Of a stretch of DNA of 64,000 bases, positions 57,284-64,000 are shown one piece after another (the first letter of the stretch is position 1; every line of letters begins with the position of its first letter). The notes beneath the pieces were generated by a model, which saw only the letters and a program-made list of their open reading frames with translations, did no database searches and was not told where the DNA came from. The translations under genes were made by a program, and so were the position numbers. Origin of the DNA: Candidatus Eiseniibacteriota bacterium (GTDB lineage: Bacteria; Eisenbacteria; RBG-16-71-46; JABDJR01); contig CAWANH010000028.1 of assembly GCA_963783375.1 (NCBI GenBank), positions 1,152,001 to 1,216,000 on the forward strand, in the 5' to 3' direction.

Positions 57284-60200
57284 ACCTCCCCGAGCTGGCG
57301 ATCAAGCGACCCATCACCGCCCTGATGGTCATCGTGAGCCTGGTGGTCCTGGGACTGGTGGCCATGGCGCGGCTTCCCCTGGGGTTCCTCCCCGAGGTGA
57401 ACCGCCCCTTCCTCTTCGTCCGGGTCCCCTATCCCAACGCCACCCCGGAGCAGGTGGAGCGGATGGTGGTCCAGCCCCTGGAGGACGCCCTGGGCTCGGT
57501 GAAGGGGCTCCAGAACATGTGGTCCTCCTGCGACCGCGACGACGGGGTGGTGCGCCTGGAGTTCAACTGGTCCCGGAACATGAGCCTGGCCCGGGTCGAG
57601 GTCCAGGAGAAGGTGGACCGGATCCGGGATCAGCTCCCGGACGACGTCGGAGACATCACCATCGGGTCGGACTGGGACTCGCGCGAGGCCGACGTGCCGG
57701 TTCTGGAGGGCCGGCTCTCCTCGAACCGCGATCTCTCCGAGAGCTACGACCTCCTGGACCGGAAGATCGTCAAGCCCCTGGAGCGGATTCCCGGGGTGGC
57801 CACGGTGCGGTTGGACGGGGTGAACCCCAAGGAAGTCCGGGTGAATCTCCGGGTGGCCGATCTCGAGGCCCATCACATGGACGTGCGCGAGGTCTCGAAC
57901 CTGCTCCGTTCCGCAAATTTCGACCAGAGTCTGGGCAAGGTGACCGAGCCCCACGCCCAGTACGCGGTGCGCACGGTGGGCACCTTCACCTCCCTGGACC
58001 AGATCCGGAACCTCCCCCTCCGCGCCGACGGCTTGCGGCTCCAGGACGTGGCCGACGTGGTCTACCAGGAGCCGCCCCTGGAATACGGCCGCCACCTGGA
58101 CGGCAAGTTCGCCATCGGCATCACGGTGAGCAAGGAGGCCAGCGCCAACGCGGTCACCATCTGCGACGAGGTGAAGGAAAAGGTCGAGGCCATGGGGAAG
58201 GACCCGGAGCTGGACGGGGTGAACTTCCTCATCTGGTTCAACCAGGGGCAGGAGATCCGAAAGACCCTTCACGACCTCATGTTCACCGGCATCTTCGGGG
58301 CCATCCTGGCCGCGCTGGTGCTCTTCGCCTTCCTGCGCCGCTTCTCCCTGACCGTCTTCTCCGCGCTCTGCATCCCGTTCTCGATCATCGTGGCCTGCGG
58401 GATCATCTGGGCTCAGGGGAAATCGCTGAACACCCTGACCCTGCTCGGCCTGATCGTGGGCATCGGGATGCTGGTGGACAACGCGGTGGTGGTGATGGAG
58501 AACATCTTCCGCTACGAGGAGGAGGGGGTGGACCGGCGGACCGCGGCCCGGATCGGCTCCAGCGAGGTCTCCACCGCGGTGGTGGCCGCCACCCTGACCT
58601 CGGTGATCGTCTTCCTTCCCCTCATCTTCAACAAGCCCAGCGAGATGAACATCTATCTGAAGGAACTGGGCATCACGGTGTGCCTCACCCTTCTCGCCTC
58701 GCTCTTCATCAGCCAGACCCTGATCCCCCTGGCCACGTCCCGTTTCATCCACTCCGAGCCCCGACCCAAGGGACGCTGGATGGTGTGGCTCGAAGACAAC
58801 TACGTGAGACTTCTGGCCTTCAATCTCCGCCACCGCTGGCTCACCCCGATCATCGGGATCCTCGTCACCGCCTCCGCCGCCTACCCGTTCATGAAGATCG
58901 ACAAGAACTTCGACGCGAACCAGAGCGAGGCATTCGTGGCGCTCCGCTACGAGTACAGCGAACCCCTGAACCTCTCCCGCATGGAGCAGGTGGTGTCCCG
59001 GGTCGAGAAGGAGCTGAGTCCCCATAGCGCGGAGCTGAACGTCAAGTCCATCTACTCCTTCTGGAGCGGCCGGTACAGCATGACCCGGCTCTACATGGAG
59101 GAGGGGCACTCCAACGAGAAGGACATCGCCAAGGCGCGGGCCCAGCTTCGGAAGCTGTTGCCCACCCTCCCCGGGGTGAAGCTCGAGGTGATGGACTCGG
59201 GGCCGATGTGGCGGATGGGGGCAGGTAAGCAGGTCGCCTTCCAGATCGTGGGAACGGACACCGAGGTCCTCACCCATCTCGGGGAGGAGGCCAAGCAACG
59301 CCTGGAGGGAATCCCCGGCCTTCACGACGTGTTCGCCAGCAGCGAGTCCGGCGGCCAGGAACTCTACGTGAACCTCGACCGGGATCTCGCCGCCCGCTAC
59401 GGGGTTCCCCTGATCCAGCCCGCCAACGTGGTGGGGCTCACCTATCGCGGCCAGCGGCTCCCACGGTATCGCACCCCCGACGGCGAACGGGAGATGCGCC
59501 TCACCCTGGACGAGAAGAGGACGGAGAGCCTCTCCCAGCTCCGGAACCTGCCGCTGTGGACCACCGACGGTCAGAAGGTGCCCCTGGCCTCGGTGGCGCA
59601 GTTCAAGATGGTGCCGGGACCGGAGCGGATCCAGCGCGACAACCGGGTGACCAGCATCTGGGTGGGGGCCCGCTACGACGAGGGGACGCGGAACGAGTAT
59701 ATCCCCGCGGTGACCTCGGCCATGGAGGGGATGAACTTCCCCTACGGCTACTCCTGGACCTTCCGGAACGTGGACCAGCGCCGCCAGGAGCAGTCGAAGG
59801 AGTTCATGGTCAACCTGGTCCTGGCCCTGCTTCTGGTCTACGCGGTGATGGCCGGGCTCTTCGAGTCGGCCCGCCAGGCCCTGGGTCTCATGGTGGCTCT
59901 CCCCTTCGCCCTGGCCGGTGCGGCCTGGACCCTCTACTTCACCCACACCGACTTCGATCAGCCCGCGGCCATCGGGCTCCTGCTCCTGATCGGGGTGGTG
60001 GTGAACAACGGCATCGTCATGCTCGAGCACATCAACGGCTACCGGCGGAAGGGAATGCCCCGGGAGGAGGCGATGATCCGCGGGGGGAAGGAGCGTCTCC
60101 GCCCCATTCTCATGACCGCGATCACCACCCTGGTGGGTCTGGTCCCCATCGTGGTGCAGAAGCCGGCCCTGGCCGGGGTGTACTACTACTCCATGGCTTT

Positions 60201-60366
60201 GGTCATCATGGGGGGGCTGGTGCTCTCCACCTTCCTCACCTCGGTGCTCCTCCCCACCACCGCCGCGCTCTCCGAGGACATGTTCGCGGGAATCGGGCGC
60301 GGCCTCGCCTGGGGGTTCGGCCGGATCGCCTGGCTGTTCGGGCGCCGCGCCGCCGAGTCCTCGTAG
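57280..60366 (+). CDS. RND (AcrB/AcrD/AcrF family) permease subunit 2
   Basis: ATGA overlap; GMLVDNAVVVMEN, GVVVNNGIV and RLRPILMT. Confidence 0.95.
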   Translation: MNLPELAIKRPITALMVIVSLVVLGLVAMARLPLGFLPEVNRPFLFVRVPYPNATPEQVERMVVQPLEDALGSVKGLQNMWSSCDRDDGVVRLEFNWSRNMSLARVEVQEKVDRIRDQLPDDVGDITIGSDWDSREADVPVLEGRLSSNRDLSESYDLLDRKIVKPLERIPGVATVRLDGVNPKEVRVNLRVADLEAHHMDVREVSNLLRSANFDQSLGKVTEPHAQYAVRTVGTFTSLDQIRNLPLRADGLRLQDVADVVYQEPPLEYGRHLDGKFAIGITVSKEASANAVTICDEVKEKVEAMGKDPELDGVNFLIWFNQGQEIRKTLHDLMFTGIFGAILAALVLFAFLRRFSLTVFSALCIPFSIIVACGIIWAQGKSLNTLTLLGLIVGIGMLVDNAVVVMENIFRYEEEGVDRRTAARIGSSEVSTAVVAATLTSVIVFLPLIFNKPSEMNIYLKELGITVCLTLLASLFISQTLIPLATSRFIHSEPRPKGRWMVWLEDNYVRLLAFNLRHRWLTPIIGILVTASAAYPFMKIDKNFDANQSEAFVALRYEYSEPLNLSRMEQVVSRVEKELSPHSAELNVKSIYSFWSGRYSMTRLYMEEGHSNEKDIAKARAQLRKLLPTLPGVKLEVMDSGPMWRMGAGKQVAFQIVGTDTEVLTHLGEEAKQRLEGIPGLHDVFASSESGGQELYVNLDRDLAARYGVPLIQPANVVGLTYRGQRLPRYRTPDGEREMRLTLDEKRTESLSQLRNLPLWTTDGQKVPLASVAQFKMVPGPERIQRDNRVTSIWVGARYDEGTRNEYIPAVTSAMEGMNFPYGYSWTFRNVDQRRQEQSKEFMVNLVLALLLVYAVMAGLFESARQALGLMVALPFALAGAAWTLYFTHTDFDQPAAIGLLLLIGVVVNNGIVMLEHINGYRRKGMPREEAMIRGGKERLRPILMTAITTLVGLVPIVVQKPALAGVYYYSMALVIMGGLVLSTFLTSVLLPTTAALSEDMFAGIGRGLAWGFGRIAWLFGRRAAESS

Positions 60367-60481
60367 CCGCCGGTCGCTCGCCGCCGCCGTCCGTCTCCGG
60401 CTGCGGAATTCCGCATTCCGGCCGGAAGGACCCTGGGGATTTCCACATCGGCGCCCTCGCCCCCGCGCTGAGCCCATCGAA

Positions 60482-60506
60482 CAACTCCTTGTAAAACAAG
60501 CGGTTG
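60482..60506. promoter_or_regulatory. IHF-like 25-bp dyad upstream of the sigma54 promoter
   Basis: CAACTCCTTGTAAAACAAGCGGTTG inverted repeat containing AAACAA-GCGG-TTG. Confidence 0.5.
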
Positions 60507-60532
60507 CACGATGTCTGGACGGTCCGCGATCT

Positions 60533-60547
60533 TGGTACGGGGGTTGC
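60533..60547 (+). promoter_or_regulatory. Sigma54 (RpoN) -24/-12 promoter
   Basis: TGGTAC-GGGGG-TTGC with exact GG-N10-GC spacing; IHF-like site 26 bp upstream. Confidence 0.6.
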
Positions 60548-60830
60548 GTTCATACCGGGGTGTGGCGGCGCGGGGCTACCGGCAACGGTATGGCGCCGTC
60601 ACGTTCCGACCCTGCCGGCGCCGCGGTCCCCATCGGGGGTGTGGGGGAACATCTCCACCGGGGCCGCGGCCCGGTGCTTCGCCGGACGTCCCGCGATCAC
60701 GCGGTCGCCGCGGCCGGTCCGGCCGGGTCGGGTCATGGTATTCTGGCCTCCGAACGGCGGCCGGGTTCTTGTGTGGCTCGGGTTCTCGTGGCGCAGGGCG
60801 GTCGTCGCCCGAATTCGGTGGGAGGGACTG

Positions 60831-61802
60831 ATGAGATTCATTCGTGTCGGATCGGCCCTGGGTATCCTCATGACGCTCGGACTCATGATCGCCCCCGGGC
60901 TCGCGGTTTCGGCGGGCAAGGACGCGGAGCCGGCGGCGGTGCTGGCGGTGGCCGCGGGAAACGTGTCCGTCGTCCGAGGCGCCCAGACGCTCTCCGGGAG
61001 CTTCGGGGCCGCGCTCCAACCGGGCGACGTGGTGGAGACCGGCGCGGACGCCAAGGCCGCGGTGCTGTTCGAGTCCGGACAGATGATCGAGCTGGGACCG
61101 GGAAGCCGCATCACCATCGGCTCCATCCCCGGGAAGGACGACGAGGGAAGCCTCATGGCCCAGGTGCCCGACGCCCTTTCCGGGAACCTCGGGCGCTTCG
61201 CCCAGACCTCGGGAGACGGGGGGCTTTCCGCGCTTCCGACCCTGCGCGGCGGGACGGCCGACGACAAGCCCGTCCCGCTCGCTCCCCGAAACTCCCTCAT
61301 CCGGCCGGGCGTCGCGCCCGAGTTCCGCTGGAAGCCGGTCGAGGACGCCATGGACTACACGGTGATCCTCACCGGGCCAGGCGCGGCCGCGGGGCGGCAC
61401 CGGGCCTCCGACGCCTCCTGGACTCCGGAGGCGGGGTTCGAGGCGGGGGAGAGCTGGACCTGGAGCGTGGAGGCGCTCACCTCCGACGGACCGGTGACCT
61501 CGGGTCCGGTGACCTTCGAGGTGGCCTCGGCGGAGACGGACGCCGAGGTGGGGGACCTGGCCAAGCGGCTGGATCCGCTCATGAACGGCGGCGACCCCAT
61601 CCGCAACGACGCCGCCCAGTACCTGATGGGAAGCTACTGCCGGAGCACCGGGTTCTACACCGATGCCATCGTCCGTCTCGAAGGCCTGGCCGAGCGTCAT
61701 CCCGATCGGAAGGAACTCCAGCGTGAGCTGGGGAGCCTCTACCAGGCGGTGGGGTTGAACGACAAGGCGGCCGACGCGTATCGCCGGGCGCTCAAGGATT
61801 GA
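60831..61802 (+). CDS. Secreted FecR-like / DUF928-like protein with C-terminal TPR
   Basis: Signal peptide; GNVSV...LQPGDVVETGADAKAAVLF.SG..I.LGPGS FecR-like pattern; PEFRW.P domain; terminal TPR. Confidence 0.7.
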   Translation: MRFIRVGSALGILMTLGLMIAPGLAVSAGKDAEPAAVLAVAAGNVSVVRGAQTLSGSFGAALQPGDVVETGADAKAAVLFESGQMIELGPGSRITIGSIPGKDDEGSLMAQVPDALSGNLGRFAQTSGDGGLSALPTLRGGTADDKPVPLAPRNSLIRPGVAPEFRWKPVEDAMDYTVILTGPGAAAGRHRASDASWTPEAGFEAGESWTWSVEALTSDGPVTSGPVTFEVASAETDAEVGDLAKRLDPLMNGGDPIRNDAAQYLMGSYCRSTGFYTDAIVRLEGLAERHPDRKELQRELGSLYQAVGLNDKAADAYRRALKD

Positions 61803-61804
61803 CC

Positions 61805-64000
61805 GTGACCGGGTCGCCGGGGGGGCGAGGTCCCGCGGGCCCGCGACGACTGAAGGCGGGGCCGGGCCCCTCGGTTCTGATCCTCGTCCTCGTCCTGGGC
61901 CTGGTCGGACTTCTCTGTGGCCGCAAGGGTGAGGGGGCGGGGACGCCGGACCCCCTCGCTCCCTTCGCCGGTCTGGCCCCGGACAGCCTCGCCGCCCGCC
62001 TCGCCGAGGCCCCGGCGGAGCACGCGGCGCGCTTCGATTCCCTCCTCGCCACCGGGGCGCTGACCGACCCGGCGCGGCGGCCGATCCTGGACGCGGTCGC
62101 CGCCGCCTACCTCGACGCCACCGGGGACTCGCTGCTGCTCGGGGATCTCGCCTTCTGCGAAGGCCGGCCGGAGAGCACGCGCACGGCCTGGGCCGCGGCG
62201 GTGGCCGCCGATCGGCGCGGGGTATTGCTCCGGGGAAACGGCGATTATGCCGGCTCCGCCGAGGCGCTTCGCGAGGCCGCCCTCGGCTACCGCGCGGTGG
62301 GTCATCTCCGGCGGGAGGCGGTGGCCTGGGGAACCCTGGGGGTCTCCCTCTGGTACACCGGGGACTTCAACGCGGTGGTCGATGCCTACCGGAACGCCCT
62401 CGACGCCCGCGAACGCCTGGGCGATCCGGTCCTGGTCGGGCGGACCCTGAACGGCCTCGGCTCGGCCAACCTTCAGCTCGGGAACTACGTCGAGGCGCTC
62501 CGCTGGTACGAGCGCGCCCGCGCGGTTCGGGAAACGCTCGGAGACGCCAACGACCTCGCCACCACCCTGGCCTACATCGGAAACGTCCGCTACCGGTTGG
62601 GGGACCTGATCGGGGCCCGCGAGGGCTACGCCGAAGCGCTCCGGGTTCTCGGCCCGAACGCGTCCTCCAAGTCGCTTTCCACCGCCCAGGTGGGCCTGGC
62701 CAACGTGATGTACGACCTCGGGGAGTACGAGGAGGCCCTGGCCCTCTACCGGGAGGTGGTGGAGCGGGCCGAGGCGGCGGGCGACCGGCGGCTGGTCGGG
62801 CTCACCCGGCAGAACCTCGCCCGGACCCTCACCGCGATGGGGGACTACGCCGGCGCGCTCGCCACCTTCGACCGGGCGCGGGAGGAGCAGGAGGCCCTTG
62901 GAGACCAGCGCCAGCTCGCGGTCACCCTGAACTCCCTGGGAAGCACCTACCGCCTCCTGGGCGACGTGCCCCGGGCCCTGGAGGAACTCAAGCGGGCGGA
63001 GAAGACCGCGGCCGGGGCGGGGGACGAGCTCACCCGGGCCAACGTGCTCTTGAACCTGGGCCTCGCCTACTCGGACTGGAAGCTACCCGAGCGGGGGCTC
63101 GAAGCCTGCGAACAGGCCCTGGCGCTGCACGAGACCCTGGCCGACACCGTGGGAATGCGCGGGGCGCTGGTGGGAGTCGGCATCAACCAGTGGATGCTCA
63201 AGGATTACGAGGGCGCCCTGGGACGGTTTCGCCGGGCCCTGGAGCTGGATCGCGCCCGGGGGCTGGACTCGAACGCGGCCGGCGACCGGATCCAGATCGG
63301 CAACACCCTCACCGACATGGGCGAGTTCGGGAAGGCGCTGGACGCCTATCGCGAGGCGGCCGCGGCCGGTGAGGAACTCGGAAGCCGCGATCTTCTCTGG
63401 CCGGCGTTCCTCGGGATGGCCGACGTCCACGAGAAGACCGGGGATCTCGCCCGCGCCGCGGACAGCAACGACCGGGCGATCGACGCCCTGGAGAGCGTCC
63501 GGGGTCACGCGCTCCCGGAGGAGACCAAGTCCGAGGCGCTCAGCCGCCGGGCCTACGTCTACGAGGCCCAGGAGCACGTGCTGGCCAAGCTCTACGCCGG
63601 GACCGGGGACCTGGACACCGTCCGCCGCGCCTTCGCGGTGGCCGAGCGGGGGAAGGCCCGGGCGCTCCTGGACCTGTTGGCCGAGGGACGGATCGACCCC
63701 GACGCCGGGCTCGACTCGGCCTCGGTGGGCGAACGCCGGCGCCGGGAGCGCGAGCTCACCGCCGCCCGCTACCGCCTGCGCCTGGCCACCGGCTCCGGAG
63801 TGGACGCCGACAGCCTGAAGACCCTGAAACGGGAGGTCGGCGACCGGGAGGGTGCCTACCAGGAGCTGCTCGAGCGGTTGCGGCTCCAGAACCCGAGCTT
63901 CGCCGCCGCCGATCCCGGCCGCCCCAAGAGCCTGTCCGAGATCCGCCGGGACCTCCTGAAGGACGACCGCGGGGTGCTCCTGGAGTACGCCCTGGGCGAC
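61805..64000 (+). CDS. Secreted or membrane-anchored multi-TPR protein, probably CHAT-domain (truncated by window end)
   Basis: Open frame from GTG 61805 (AAGGA upstream) to the window end. Hydrophobic N-terminal segment, many TPRs, then AFAVAERGKARALLDLL and LLEYALGD, which typically precede CHAT domains. Catalytic His/Cys not in window. Confidence 0.75.
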   Translation, partial: MTGSPGGRGPAGPRRLKAGPGPSVLILVLVLGLVGLLCGRKGEGAGTPDPLAPFAGLAPDSLAARLAEAPAEHAARFDSLLATGALTDPARRPILDAVAAAYLDATGDSLLLGDLAFCEGRPESTRTAWAAAVAADRRGVLLRGNGDYAGSAEALREAALGYRAVGHLRREAVAWGTLGVSLWYTGDFNAVVDAYRNALDARERLGDPVLVGRTLNGLGSANLQLGNYVEALRWYERARAVRETLGDANDLATTLAYIGNVRYRLGDLIGAREGYAEALRVLGPNASSKSLSTAQVGLANVMYDLGEYEEALALYREVVERAEAAGDRRLVGLTRQNLARTLTAMGDYAGALATFDRAREEQEALGDQRQLAVTLNSLGSTYRLLGDVPRALEELKRAEKTAAGAGDELTRANVLLNLGLAYSDWKLPERGLEACEQALALHETLADTVGMRGALVGVGINQWMLKDYEGALGRFRRALELDRARGLDSNAAGDRIQIGNTLTDMGEFGKALDAYREAAAAGEELGSRDLLWPAFLGMADVHEKTGDLARAADSNDRAIDALESVRGHALPEETKSEALSRRAYVYEAQEHVLAKLYAGTGDLDTVRRAFAVAERGKARALLDLLAEGRIDPDAGLDSASVGERRRRERELTAARYRLRLATGSGVDADSLKTLKREVGDREGAYQELLERLRLQNPSFAAADPGRPKSLSEIRRDLLKDDRGVLLEYALGD

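Overview
A GC-rich bacterial chromosomal window of about 50 densely packed protein-coding genes. I found no rRNA, tRNA, CRISPR array or mobile element. C-terminal FlgD-Ig/T9SS-like domains and a 'TWxxLKxxY' tail suggest an FCB-related candidate-phylum organism such as Eisenbacteria, Krumholzibacteriota or Latescibacterota (inference only). Recognisable genes include acs, egtB (frameshifted), an S9 peptidase, miaE-like, an agmatinase-family gene, an ald-like gene plus CoA-transferase, hemH, lhr (double frameshift), DUF885 and an MFP with two RND pumps. Highlights: (i) a 64-aa bacterial histone of the Bd0055/HBb type at 21238-21432; (ii) next to it, a divergent senA/senB selenoneine pair with no senC in the window, plus a separate egtB; (iii) an Ald-like enzyme lacking the pyruvate-binding Lys, coupled to a CoA-transferase; (iv) a sigma54/IHF-type promoter upstream of a secreted FecR-like protein and a TPR protein with a probable CHAT domain; (v) a recurrent 25-bp intergenic dyad; (vi) several apparently leaderless genes. 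Several frameshifts fall in homopolymer runs and are probably assembly indels. All family calls come from motif recognition by eye, not from database searches.
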